NCBI GenBank assembly: GCA_963749715.1
Contig: CAVVNR010000016.1
Span: 8,245 to 72,244 of the forward strand
Source: an uncultured Alphaproteobacteria bacterium
Lineage (GTDB): Bacteria; Pseudomonadota; Alphaproteobacteria; Rhizobiales; Beijerinckiaceae
DNA length: 64,000 bases
Direction: 5' to 3'
Positions 10,462 through 22,210 of the stretch are shown here, piece after piece (positions within the stretch are counted from its first letter, which is position 1; every line of letters begins with the position of its first letter). Below the pieces are notes generated by a model that was given only the letters and a program-made list of their open reading frames with translations, was not told where the DNA came from and ran no database searches. A program made the translations under genes and the position numbers.

Positions 10462-10736
10462 CGTTTGCGCCTCGCACCACCCGCGCCGATCGCCCGAACG
10501 ACCGACCCGCACGCCAAGCGTTTTCCCGGCCGCCTTCGGCCGATCCAAACGCCCATCAATTAACCACGTTGCAGTCTACCGCCGCGCCTCAAGGATTAAA
10601 ACCGCGCCGCCCGCGCATCTTGCAAACGTCGTTAACGCTTCGGTTACCATGTTTTTTCATAGTCTTCAGCCGACAATTGGCCGCGCCCGCCCGGCGCTGC
10701 ATGTTCGGGCGGGCCGACAACCAGCGCGAGGCCGAC

Positions 10737-11171
10737 ATGCTTGACAGTTCGGGAGTTCCTAGGCTCGCGGAAACCGTATCAAATCGGGACGAACCGGCGG
10801 CCGGCGGCTTCGATCCGCCCCTCGATCTCGTTCATCTGGCGCGCCAGTGCCTCGGCGACCACGAGCTTGAGGCCGAATTGCTCGGGCTGTTCCGCCTGCA
10901 AGCGCCGGCGTTGACCGCGCAACTCTCCGACCCGTCGCCTTTATCATTGGAATCAAAGGCGAAAATCGCTCATAAGCTGCGCGGCTCGGCGCTTTCGGTC
11001 GGGGCCGGGCGAGTGGCCCGGGCGGCGTGGCGCATTGAGGAAATGGCCTCGGCCCTGAGCTTGCCGTCGCGGGGAGACGCCGATCGGCGCTTGGCCGAAG
11101 CGGGAGCGATCGCCGGTCTTCTGTCCGCGGTGACCGAGGCCGTGGGCGAAATCGACCGCATCATGGGCTAG
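10737..11171 (+). CDS. Stand-alone Hpt (histidine phosphotransfer) domain protein
   Basis: LDLVHLARQCLGDHELEAELLGLF and AHKLRGSALSVGA (HxLxGSA motif). Confidence 0.8.
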   Translation: MLDSSGVPRLAETVSNRDEPAAGGFDPPLDLVHLARQCLGDHELEAELLGLFRLQAPALTAQLSDPSPLSLESKAKIAHKLRGSALSVGAGRVARAAWRIEEMASALSLPSRGDADRRLAEAGAIAGLLSAVTEAVGEIDRIMG

Positions 11172-11378
11172 AGAGGCCCGCCGCAGCCTCCCGCAACAAG
11201 GGCTGGGGATAAGTCTCCTCTGGCCGCGCCGCGGGAAGTATGGCCGGCCGGCGAAAACGCCGCTCCAAACGCTCTTTCGGCGCCGCCGCGCTTGCTATAT
11301 GAGGGCGCGCGACAAGGCGTAAGCCAATCCCGTCGCACGGCGCGGCGCGCCATTCTCCCCGAGGAAATTTTCGGCTCC

Positions 11379-12755
<1,377 letters not shown>

Positions 12756-12862
12756 GGGCGAAGGGACGCGCGCCCGGAAGTCCGGATGAAACATTCCTCG
12801 CCGGGCGGCGTATAGGCTTCGACGGCCCGGTCGGCGGCCTCTGGAGGCCGGGTTTACTCGCC

Positions 12863-13720
12863 ATGCTCAAACTCAAGGCTCCCTGGAACGAGCGCAACGG
12901 CCGCTTCTCGTGGCTGAAGGCGATCGTGTTCGCTGGCCTGTTCGTTCCCGCCGCCTGGATCATCTTTCTCGCCTTGACCGGCGCGCTCGACCCCAAGGTC
13001 GTGACGGAAATGATCCACCGCACCGGGCAATGGGCGATCCGGTTCCTCACTCTCTCGCTCCTGGTGACGCCGCTGATGCGCGGCGCGCGCTATCCGAAGC
13101 TGGTCGCGATTCGGCGGATGGTCGGCGTCGCGGCCTTCTTTTACGCCGACGGCGCATCTCACGCTCTACGTCGTCGATCAGCATTTCGACCTCGTGCATG
13201 TGGCGTCGGAGATCGCGCTGCGGTTCTATCTGACGATCGGCTTCATCGCCTGGCTGGGCCTCGCGGCGCTCGCGGCGACCTCGACCGACGCGATGATCCG
13301 CCGCCTCGGCCCGAGGTGGAAGACGCTGCATTCGTTGGTCTACGGAATTGCCGCCATCGCGCTCCTCCATTTCATGATCCAGGCGAAGGCCGACGTGTCC
13401 GAGCCGGTGATGATGACTGGCTTCTTCCTGATCCTGATGCTGTTCCGCGTCCTCGTGAAGCGCGGCGCGCCGGCCTGGGGCGCGGCGTTGGCGCGGAGCT
13501 CGTCTCGCCCTTCCTGACCGCGCTGATCGAAGCGGCGTGGTACGCGCTCGTGCGGCACATCGACTTCTGGGACGTGCTCGGCGCCAACATCGATCCGGAC
13601 ATGGCGTTTCGTCCCTCCGCTTATGTGGCGGCGGCCGGCGCCGCTTTCCTTGCCGTCGCGCTTGCGCGCCGGAGTCCCGGCGCCGCGCCGCGCAGCAGTT
13701 GTCGCTGCGCCGCCGGCTGA
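12863..13720 (+). CDS. msrQ: MsrQ/YedZ-like heme-binding ferric-reductase membrane protein, two compensating frameshifts (~13147, ~13490)
   Basis: TGQWAIRFLTLSLLVTP and RRMVGVAAFFYA, then a shifted frame giving HLTLY, ATSTDAMIRRLG.RWKTLHSLVY and LLHF (heme His residues), then a return to the first frame. Confidence 0.75.
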   Translation: MLKLKAPWNERNGRFSWLKAIVFAGLFVPAAWIIFLALTGALDPKVVTEMIHRTGQWAIRFLTLSLLVTPLMRGARYPKLVAIRRMVGVAAFFYADGASHALRRRSAFRPRACGVGDRAAVLSDDRLHRLAGPRGARGDLDRRDDPPPRPEVEDAAFVGLRNCRHRAPPFHDPGEGRRVRAGDDDWLLPDPDAVPRPREARRAGLGRGVGAELVSPFLTALIEAAWYALVRHIDFWDVLGANIDPDMAFRPSAYVAAAGAAFLAVALARRSPGAAPRSSCRCAAG

Positions 13721-13731
13721 GCCGAGCCGCG

Positions 13732-15345
13732 TCAGAAGTTGATGTTGGTGCGCAGGCCGATGACCAGTTCGTTCTTGATCCGCTGTGCTGGATCGTTCGG
13801 GTTGGCGATCCCTAGACCCGGATTGATGAAATACTGGACGTTGGGTTGGATCACCCACGAAGGCAGAGCCTGAAACTGATAGGTCGCCTCGAGGAAGGTC
13901 TCGCTCGAGCGAATGGGCGTGTAAACCGACGACTGGTAGAATTGCATTTGCCGGTCGAAGCCCGATGCGCCGTTACTTGCCCACACGGTCCCCATTTCGA
14001 CGCCGAAGAAATCGTTGTCGCGCGTCGGCAACGGGGCCTTCAGGGCAAAGCCTGCGTTGATGCCGGCGCTGACGAGATTGCGATCCTCGTAGGGGGTGAA
14101 CATTGGACGGAAGAAGACATTCAGACTGCGATTGGCGTCGTCCTTCGATCGCCAGATCATCTGGTCCATGACGCCGTAGAGTGAAAAGTTGCCGTGATGC
14201 TGAGCCGGGGCCCGTTGCTCAACGGACTGGCGAGAGGCAGGCCGATCGTGTCGTATCGCTGGTCGTCGAACTTGTAGCTGTCGTACCAGGCGCCGAGCTT
14301 ATAGACTCCTGGCAGCGGACCGTCGGGGTTCGGCTTCGCAGACGCGCTCGGACCATACGCGTATTGCAGCTCGGCGATCGCCAGGGTCCCGGTGTCGAGC
14401 GGGAAACTCACGCCATTGGGATTGCTCGCGGCCGTATTGGGCAAATCCCGCGGGATCGCGCTCCCGTTGAAGACGCCTCCGAGCACGGTGACGCTGTCGG
14501 TCGCTTGCACTCGTCCGCGAACGCCCAAGCCCGCGAGGGGATAGGCGGGGCCGCCGCCAGGCAGATCGGTCGATGGAAGCCCCGGCCAGCCGGACGCCGC
14601 GTTGACAAAGAGAGAGTTCCCGCTTGGGGCGATGATGAATTCCTCGTCGAGGCTCTGCTCGCCGACCTTGATGTCGAACTTGTCCCCGAATTTCTGCTGA
14701 TACCACAGCTCCCAAAGCCGGACGCCGACCGGCGCCTCGATGTCGGTCAAGGTCTGAAGGACCAGAAGATTGTTCTCGTTCAGGTTGCCGCCCCAATATT
14801 GCAGACCGCTCACGTTGAGCGTGCCGCCCTTGAGACCGAACGCCTTCTCCGTGTCCATTTGCAGCGTGACCGTGGTCAGCCCATCGGCTTCAAAACCCTG
14901 TTTGACGCCGCCGCTGAGATTCCCGAACGACTCGACGTTCTCGAGAATGGTGAGGGTGACGCCGTAGTTGGCCAGGGCGGGCCGAATCCCCCACATGTCG
15001 CCAAGCAGGTTCTGGCCTTGCAAGTCCAGACCGAACGGCCCCGGCGTCTTGTCGGCGCTCGCCGTCGTTGCAGCGTCGGCGCGGAATTGCGGTTCGCCGA
15101 GCCGTGGCAGGGAAAAGCCGGGCGATACCGGCCCAGAAAAGGCCGGCGTCTGCCGCGATGGGTCCGAGGCGGACCCGGCCGGCCCGGGAGCTTGGGGCGG
15201 GATCGAGTTCCGCAAAGGCGGCGCCGGCCAGGCAAACTATCGCAAGAGAGGAGGCGCTTCCGATCGCAGCGCGGCGGCGGAAGCCGGTTCGACGATGAAG
15301 ACGGCGCAAGCCCCAACCCCGACCCAACTGCCGACCGTCATGCAT
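13732..15345 (-). CDS. oprB: Carbohydrate-selective porin OprB family, frameshifts near 15200 and 14200
   Basis: Signal-like SLAIVCLAGAAFA in ORF 14890..15345, LLGDMWGIRPAL and RLWELWYQQ..DIKVGEQSLDEEF in ORF 14157..15215, and QPNVQYFINPG...GLRTNINF (terminal Phe) in ORF 13732..14169. Confidence 0.8.
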
Positions 15346-15589
15346 TTCGAACGCGAAGGTTCCGCGATGTCAATGAAGTTGGGCGCGCAAGATAATGCCT
15401 TTCCAAAACTATCGGACGACTGGCAGGGCCAATGCAAATCCTTTCGGCGAGGCGCATCGCAGGACCGAACCGCCGCCCCTCCGGCCGCCGCAAAATGAGA
15501 GACCTCAAGCGCGATATTGTCTTTGCCGGCCAAGCCTCCGCGCGTTATGCCAGGGGGCCAGGAAGAGTGTCCGGCAAAGAGGAGCGGCG

Positions 15590-16249
15590 ATGGGGGAATT
15601 GGCTTATGCCTTGACCGACGCGCCCCAGTTCGACGCCGCCTTTCGGGCTTCTTTCGCCGAACTCCTCGCGTGGCGGCGCGACGTGCGCCATTTTCGCCCA
15701 GGCGAAACGCCGGACGAAGCGGTGCTGGCCGAACTCTTCGATCTCGCGGCGCTCGCGCCCTCGGTCGGCAATTGCCAACCGACCCAATTCGTGCGGGTCG
15801 ACGACGAGGCCCGCCGGGCCGCGATCCGCGCCAATTTCGAGTCCGCCAACCGCGACGCGCTCGGCGCCTATCGCGGCGAACGGGCGGGGCTCTACGCCAG
15901 GCTCAAGCTCGCGGGCCTGCGCGACGCGCCGATCCAGCTCGCGGTGTTCTGCGATGAGGCGACCGAGCAGGGCCACGGCCTCGGCGCGCGCACCATGCCG
16001 GAGACCCGCCGTTACTCGACGGTGTGTGCGCTCCACACGTTCTGGCTCGCCGCGCGCGCCCGCGGCCTTGGCGTCGGCTGGGTCTCGATCCTCGATCCAG
16101 GACGAATCGCGGAAGCGCTCGACGTCCCGCGAGCCTGGACGTTCATCGGCTATCTCTGCGCCGGCTGGCCGAAGGACGAGCATCTGATCCCGGAGCTGGA
16201 GCGAGCGGGGTGGCAGGCGCGCGCCCCGCATCCGGTTCTGCGCCGATAG
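15590..16249 (+). CDS. bluB: 5,6-dimethylbenzimidazole synthase
   Basis: WRRDVRHF, APSVGNCQP, YARLKLAGLRDAP, WLAARARGLGVGWVSILDP and PELERAGW. GAGGAG SD before ATG 15590. Confidence 0.9.
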   Translation: MGELAYALTDAPQFDAAFRASFAELLAWRRDVRHFRPGETPDEAVLAELFDLAALAPSVGNCQPTQFVRVDDEARRAAIRANFESANRDALGAYRGERAGLYARLKLAGLRDAPIQLAVFCDEATEQGHGLGARTMPETRRYSTVCALHTFWLAARARGLGVGWVSILDPGRIAEALDVPRAWTFIGYLCAGWPKDEHLIPELERAGWQARAPHPVLRR

Positions 16250-16267
16250 GCTCGGTTCGGCCGGAGG

Positions 16268-16747
16268 TCACCCGCGCCGGGGCGGATGAAGGTCGTCGAC
16301 CCATTCGACCGGCTCCGGGTTCGCCTCGAGGCTCGGCAAATCGAGATTGACGACCACCGCCTCCTGGCCGCTGCGCACGATCACGCACGAGAGCGGCTGA
16401 TCGTCGCTCGCGTTGATTTCCTGATGGGGGACGTAAGGCGGCACGTAGATGAAATCGCCGGGGCCGGCGTCGGCCACGAATTCGAGGCGGTCGCCCCAGC
16501 GCATGCGCGCGCGCCCGCTCACGACATAAATGACGCTCTCGACGGCCCCATGGTGGTGCGCGCCGGTTTTCGCCATCGGGTGGATGACAACGGTTCCAGC
16601 CCACAGCTTCTCGGCGCCGGCGCGGGCGTGGGTGATCGCCGCGGCGCGGCTCATGCCCTGGGTCTGCGGCGTATTGATGTCGAGTTGGTTCGAACGGACC
16701 ACCCGAACGCCGTCGAGACGCCATCGGGCTTGGTTGTGATCGTCCAT
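16268..16747 (-). CDS. Cupin-domain protein
   Basis: TGAHHHGAVESVIYVVSG and PGDFIYVPPYVPHQEIN cupin motifs. Confidence 0.85.
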   Translation of the reverse strand: MDDHNQARWRLDGVRVVRSNQLDINTPQTQGMSRAAAITHARAGAEKLWAGTVVIHPMAKTGAHHHGAVESVIYVVSGRARMRWGDRLEFVADAGPGDFIYVPPYVPHQEINASDDQPLSCVIVRSGQEAVVVNLDLPSLEANPEPVEWVDDLHPPRRG

Positions 16748-16863
16748 CGCTGCTCTCCAGGGTTCCCGCCAACCTATCGCCAAAGACGCCGGCCGAACAG
16801 CGGTGCGACGGCGGACAGCGCCGGGCGGCTGGCGATGGCGCAGGCGCCGTCGTAGATTGGGCC

Positions 16864-17679
16864 ATGACCGAGCTCTCGCCCATAACGGCTCCGACGCGCC
16901 TCACCGCGCGCGCCCTGATCGTCGGCGAGCGCATCGACACCGCCGGGCTCGAGCGCCCGGACATGGTGTCGTCGCTGCCGCTCGCCTTCCGCGTCGGCGA
17001 AAGGGGCATGGTGGCGCTGTTCCGGTTCGGCGTCGCGGTCATGGTCGGCTTAACGCCGCTCGAGGAAGAAGACACGCTGATGAAGCTGAGATCGCGGGTC
17101 AGCGGCGAGAGGGCGCGCGGCGACGACGAGACGGCGGTGCTCGAAATCGCCCCCGACAGCGACGAGCAGAAGTCCTCGGGCGGCCCGATCCAGATCAAGA
17201 ACCTGTCGCCGCCGCGCTTTCTCGTCATCGCCGACGCGCTCGCCAAGACCGTGGCGCTGGCGCGCGACGAGCGCGAGGTCAACGCGGTCTTCGACGTGAT
17301 CGAGCCGTTCGCGGCCAAGCTCGCGGCAAGCGGCCGGCCGCCGTTCCGCCGCCGCGCCATGCTGAAGCTGATCGGCCAGGCGCTGCTCGCCCAACATCGC
17401 GTCTCGGGCCGGGTCGCGGTCGAGGAGAAGCCCGACGCGCTCTGGGACCACCCCGAGCTCGAGCGCCTCTATGCGCGCCTCGCCGACGAATACGAGCTCA
17501 ACGAGCGCGCCGACGTGCTCAAGCGCAAGCTCGACGTTATCGGCGACACCGCGCAGGCCTTGACCGACATCATCGACGCCGATCGCGCGACCCGGCTCGA
17601 AGCGGCGATCGTCATCCTGATCGTGCTCGAACTGATCGCGGCGATCGTCCAGATCGCGCTCGCATTGCACGGGCGGTGA
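16864..17679 (+). CDS. RMD1/DUF155-family protein
   Basis: LFRFGVAVMVG, LAKTVAL, KPDALWDHPELERLY..L.DEYEL.ER and a C-terminal TM segment RLEAAIVILIVLE. Confidence 0.8.
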   Translation: MTELSPITAPTRLTARALIVGERIDTAGLERPDMVSSLPLAFRVGERGMVALFRFGVAVMVGLTPLEEEDTLMKLRSRVSGERARGDDETAVLEIAPDSDEQKSSGGPIQIKNLSPPRFLVIADALAKTVALARDEREVNAVFDVIEPFAAKLAASGRPPFRRRAMLKLIGQALLAQHRVSGRVAVEEKPDALWDHPELERLYARLADEYELNERADVLKRKLDVIGDTAQALTDIIDADRATRLEAAIVILIVLELIAAIVQIALALHGR

Positions 17680-17709
17680 ATCAGTCGGCGCCGTCGCGAA
17701 GCTCGGGGC

Positions 17710-17739
17710 TTGACGTGACGTATAAACACTGTATATACG
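17710..17739 (+). promoter_or_regulatory. sigma70-type promoter with overlapping palindromic operator of mazEF
   Basis: TTGACG at 17710 and a TATATA-like -10 at 17732. Inverted repeat CGTATAAACA-C-TGTATATACG (17719-17739) lies in an AT-rich patch upstream of the antitoxin. Confidence 0.7.
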
Positions 17740-17770
17740 GGCCGACTCCCGCGTTTGAGGCTCTTTGGTC

Positions 17771-18013
17771 GTGAAAATGATCGTCCGGAAATGGGGCAAC
17801 AGCGCTGCCGTGCGTATCCCAGCCTCCGTCATGGCCGCCGCGGCGCTCGATCTCGACCAGGTCGTGGACGTTCGGGAGGAAGCCGGCCGCGTAATCATTG
17901 AACCCGTCAGGGCCGAGCCTTACGACTTGGACACACTGCTCGATCGGATGCGCCCCGAGACTTTTCCGGAGGACATTGACTTTGGGCCGCCTCTGGGGCG
18001 TGAGATTTGGTGA
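17771..18013 (+). CDS. mazE: AbrB/MazE-type antitoxin
   Basis: VRKWGNSAAVRIP...YDLDTLL...DFGPPLGREIW. Overlaps the toxin start. Confidence 0.9.
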   Translation: MKMIVRKWGNSAAVRIPASVMAAAALDLDQVVDVREEAGRVIIEPVRAEPYDLDTLLDRMRPETFPEDIDFGPPLGREIW

Positions 18014-18345
18014 AGCGCGACTATGTCCCGGACGCCGGCGACATCGTCTGGCTTCGCTTCGATCCGCAAGCCGGACATGAGCAGGCCGGACGACGACCTG
18101 CGCTCGTGCTGACGTCTGCCCGCTACAACGGAGCGCGCGGGATGATGGTTTGCTGTCCGATGACGACGAAAGTCAAAGGCTACGTCTTCGAGGTCGCCGT
18201 CAGCCGGAGGCCGCCGAGCGCCGTTCTCGCGGATCAGATCAGAAGCCTCGACTGGCGCGCCCGCCGCGCCGTCCGTAAGGGGATCGCCGAGCCGCGGGTG
18301 CTTGCCGAAGTTCGCGCAAAGATCAAGTCGTTGCTCATGCTGTAG
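18007..18345 (+). CDS. mazF: MazF/PemK endoribonuclease toxin
   Basis: YVPDAGDIVWLRFDPQAGHEQAGRRPALVLT, CCPMTT and DQIRSLDWRAR. Confidence 0.92.
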   Translation: MVKRDYVPDAGDIVWLRFDPQAGHEQAGRRPALVLTSARYNGARGMMVCCPMTTKVKGYVFEVAVSRRPPSAVLADQIRSLDWRARRAVRKGIAEPRVLAEVRAKIKSLLML

Positions 18346-18367
18346 AGCGGCGTGAGGGATTTCCAGG

Positions 18368-19087
18368 ATGCCGCGGAACATCTTCGTCCTCACCGGCGCG
18401 GGCGTCTCGGCCGAGAGCGGGCTCGGCACGTTTCGCGACCGGGACGGGCAGGGGATCTGGGCCAAGTTCGATCCGATGAAGCTTGCGACGCCCGAAGCCT
18501 TCGCCCGCGATCCGATTGCTGTGCTCGCGTTCTATGATCTGCGCCGCCGCAACCTGCTCAACGCTGAACCCAACGCGGCCCACCGGGCGCTGGCGCGGCT
18601 CGAGCAGGCGCTGACGGCGCAGGGCGGCCGTCTCACCCTGGTTACCCAGAACATCGACGATTTGCACGAGCGCGCGGGGTCGCCGCGAGTCATCCACATG
18701 CATGGCGAACTTTTGAAGGCGCGATGCCAGCGGTGCGAGGCGGTGCGCCTCTGGCCGGAGGATATTTCGCCCTCCGACATTTGCCCCGATTGCGGGCGCA
18801 GCGGGGCGTTGCGGCCGCATGTCGTGTGGTTCGGCGAAATGCCGATGCATATGGACGACATCGACCGGGCGCTGCGCGAGGCCGATCTGTTCGTCGCCAT
18901 CGGCACGTCCGGCGCAGTCTACCCAGCGGCCGGCTTTGTCGCCGAGGCGCGCGCCTATGGACTGTGGACTTGCGAAATCAACCTCGAAGCCGCCGATAAC
19001 GCCGATCTGTTCGACGAGCAGCGTTACGGCGCGGCCAGCGAGACCGTGCCTGCCTGGGTGGATCAGTTCCTCGGAGCGCCGCCGTAG
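18368..19087 (+). CDS. cobB: NAD-dependent protein deacylase (class III sirtuin)
   Basis: GAGVSAESGLGTFR, FYDLRR (YxxR), TQNIDDLHERAG, HMHG, CxxC...CxxC zinc motif and GTSGAVYPAAG. Confidence 0.92.
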   Translation: MPRNIFVLTGAGVSAESGLGTFRDRDGQGIWAKFDPMKLATPEAFARDPIAVLAFYDLRRRNLLNAEPNAAHRALARLEQALTAQGGRLTLVTQNIDDLHERAGSPRVIHMHGELLKARCQRCEAVRLWPEDISPSDICPDCGRSGALRPHVVWFGEMPMHMDDIDRALREADLFVAIGTSGAVYPAAGFVAEARAYGLWTCEINLEAADNADLFDEQRYGAASETVPAWVDQFLGAPP

Positions 19088-19343
19088 CGGTCGCTATACG
19101 TGCTGGCGCGGTCGCCTTGGCCGGAATATCGAACGACCGCGGGATGGGGGCGTCACGGGCGTTGCGCCGCGATTTCCTTGCGCGGGTCGTCGTCGCGCCG
19201 AAGCAATAAAGACCGCCCCTCCTTCCCCTTGGATGTCGGCCGACAATTCGTTCGTTTAAGTTGCGGCCACAGCTTGCGCCGCCTCTCCGTTCGCGTCAAT
19301 GAAAGGCCAGATCGGAACGACAACCCGAAGGGAGACGGAGTTC

Positions 19344-19979
19344 ATGTCCGAGTTTGTGCTCTGGGGCTTCGACGCCTCGACCTATGTGCGCACTGTCAAG
19401 ATGCTTCTCGCCGAGAAACACTTCACCCAGTTTAAACAGGTGCCTCTCAATGTTCTCCAAGGCGAGCCTAAGGGAGCTGAGCATTTGGAGCGGCATCCGT
19501 TCGGCAAGGTCCCCGTGCTCGATCACGACGGGATGCGCATTCTCGAAACCACCGCGATCGCCCGTTATCTAAACGACGTGCTTCCCGGCAGGTCGCTGGT
19601 TCCGGCGACGCCAAAGGATCGCGCGCGGATGGACATGATCGTCGGCATCGTCAATTCGTACGGCTATGGCTCCTTAATCGGAGGCGTGGCGGCCTATCAT
19701 CTCTTTCCCGATTTCGTCGGCGGAAAGAACGAAGCTATGCGAGAAGGGGGCATTGAGAATGGCCGCAAAGTTCTCGACCTCGCGATGAAAACCAAAGGCT
19801 CTTCTCCCTTCATCGCGGGCGATCTCAGCCTGGCTGACCTCTATCTCGCGCCGATCGTTTTCTACGTGTCGTTGACCCCGGACAAGGACGCGGTCTTCAA
19901 CGTCGACGGCTTCCAGGAATGGTGGACCCGGACGCAAGATCTTCAGAGTTTCAAGGATACGCCGCCGAATGCGGGTTGA
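19344..19979 (+). CDS. Glutathione S-transferase family protein
   Basis: STYVRTV, HPFGKVPVLDHDG, ETTAIARYL and LSLADLYLAP. Confidence 0.9.
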   Translation: MSEFVLWGFDASTYVRTVKMLLAEKHFTQFKQVPLNVLQGEPKGAEHLERHPFGKVPVLDHDGMRILETTAIARYLNDVLPGRSLVPATPKDRARMDMIVGIVNSYGYGSLIGGVAAYHLFPDFVGGKNEAMREGGIENGRKVLDLAMKTKGSSPFIAGDLSLADLYLAPIVFYVSLTPDKDAVFNVDGFQEWWTRTQDLQSFKDTPPNAG

Positions 19980-20075
19980 TCGGGGAATGAGGCAGGCGGC
20001 GGCTTGGCTGTAGCGCCTTCGAGTGGCGGGCGTCTAAATAGCGCGCCGCTTGCACCCGCGAGAGCCGTCGCAATG

Positions 20076-20833
<758 letters not shown>

Positions 20834-20837
<4 letters not shown>

Positions 20838-21994
20838 CGCCCGACGCCTCCTCGCGCCCGGCCCATGATCAGGTCGCGCGACTGATCGATCAGGACCGCG
20901 ACAATGACCACCGTTCCGACGACGATGAACTGCCAGAACGCGTCGACGTTAAGCATGACGAGCCCGGTGGTCAGCACGGCGATGATGAGCGCGCCGATCA
21001 CCGTGCCGATCACTGTTCCGGCGCCGCCGAACATGCTGACGCCGCCGATGATGACCGCGGCGATCGAACTCAGGAGCAGCGGATCGCCGATCACCGCCGA
21101 ACCGGCGGTGAACCGCAAGGTCGAGAGAAAGCCCGCGACGCCGGAGGTCGCGGCCGACAGCATGTAGAGTAGAATAACGTGGCGGTCGACGGGAATGCCG
21201 CTGCGCACCGCCGCGTCCATGGAGCCGCCGATGGCGTAGGTGTGTCGCCCGAACTGGGTCTTGTGCAGCAGGAAGATCGCCCAGGCGACGACGAAGGCCG
21301 TCGCCACAACCGGATAAGGCAGGATGATGTCCATGCGGCGCAGAAGGTCGCCGCTGACCTCCGGCCGCTGGAGAAAATAGAGGCCGCCGCCCTCGCCGGG
21401 AATGTGGTAGACGAGCGCATCGTTGCCATAGGCGCGGATGCCGGCCGGCAAGCCGATCACCGTGGTGTTCTCGCTCATGAGATAAGCGACGCCGCGGACG
21501 ATGAACGAGGTGCCGAGCGTGACGATGAACGCCGGCACCTTCAGCTTGGCGATGATGACGCCGTTGACGAACCCGACCGCCGCCGCTCCGCCGACCCCGG
21601 CGACGAGGCCGGCAATGACGGCGGGAAAGAGCGGGAAGCCGCCATTGAAGGCGGCGCGCAACGCCAGCGCCGATAGAACCGAGGCGAGGCTCATCACCCA
21701 GCCGACCGAGAGATCGATGCCGGCGCCGATGATGACAAAGGTCTGGCCGAGGCCGAGCAGCAGCACGGGAATGATGGCGACGAGAATGTTCTGCGAATTG
21801 CGAACGGTGAAGAAGTTCACCGAGCCGCCCGTTGTCAGCGGCACGGCGACGACGAAAAACAGCACGAGGAGTGCGAGGAAAACCCAGGCCCAGATGCGGC
21901 TCAGGAAGAGGAGGACGCGCTGGGCCGGTGTGCGGATTTCCGCGGGCGCGGCGGACGCCCGGCTGAGGCTTAGCCTCGAGGCGCGTTCGGTCAC
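20834..21994 (-). CDS. Monosaccharide ABC permease (RbsC family)
   Basis: GIDLSVG, PAFIVTLG, TQFGRHTYAIGG and IAAVIIGGVSMFGG. Confidence 0.9.
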
Positions 21995-21998
21995 CAGC

Positions 21999-22183
21999 CC
22001 CTCATCCGGTAGCCCTCATCCGGCGCCATAGCCGGTCGCCGGACGGACGTTCTTCCGAACGCCCCGTGGCGCCGCCTTCCCCCGCAGAGGGAAGTCTTGG
22101 ACACGCGCTCCTTCGGCGAGCTTTGCGGGAGAAGGGAAATGGCGCCCCTCTCCCACTTTGCTGGAGAGGGTCGGGTGCGGGGG
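21999..22183. repeat. REP-like palindromic repeat cluster (CCCTCATCCGG family) inside the ABC operon
   Basis: Duplicated CCCTCATCCGG (21999, 22013), then CCTTCCCCCGCAGAGGGAAG and CCCCTCTCCCAC...GGAGAGGG hairpins. Same family as 59270..59390. Confidence 0.75.
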
Positions 22184-22210
22184 TTGCGCTCCATCAAGAG
22201 GCAAACGAGG

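Noticed and set aside
15346-15589. Cobalamin riboswitch upstream of bluB
   Set aside because: No GGGAA...GCCCCCGCxACTGT core or complete B12 box is visible, only a partial GCCAGGAAGA resemblance.
18007-19087. MazF + Sir2 as an anti-phage defence system
   Set aside because: The sirtuin is an ordinary zinc-binding class III CobB of normal length, not a defence-type SIR2 NADase.
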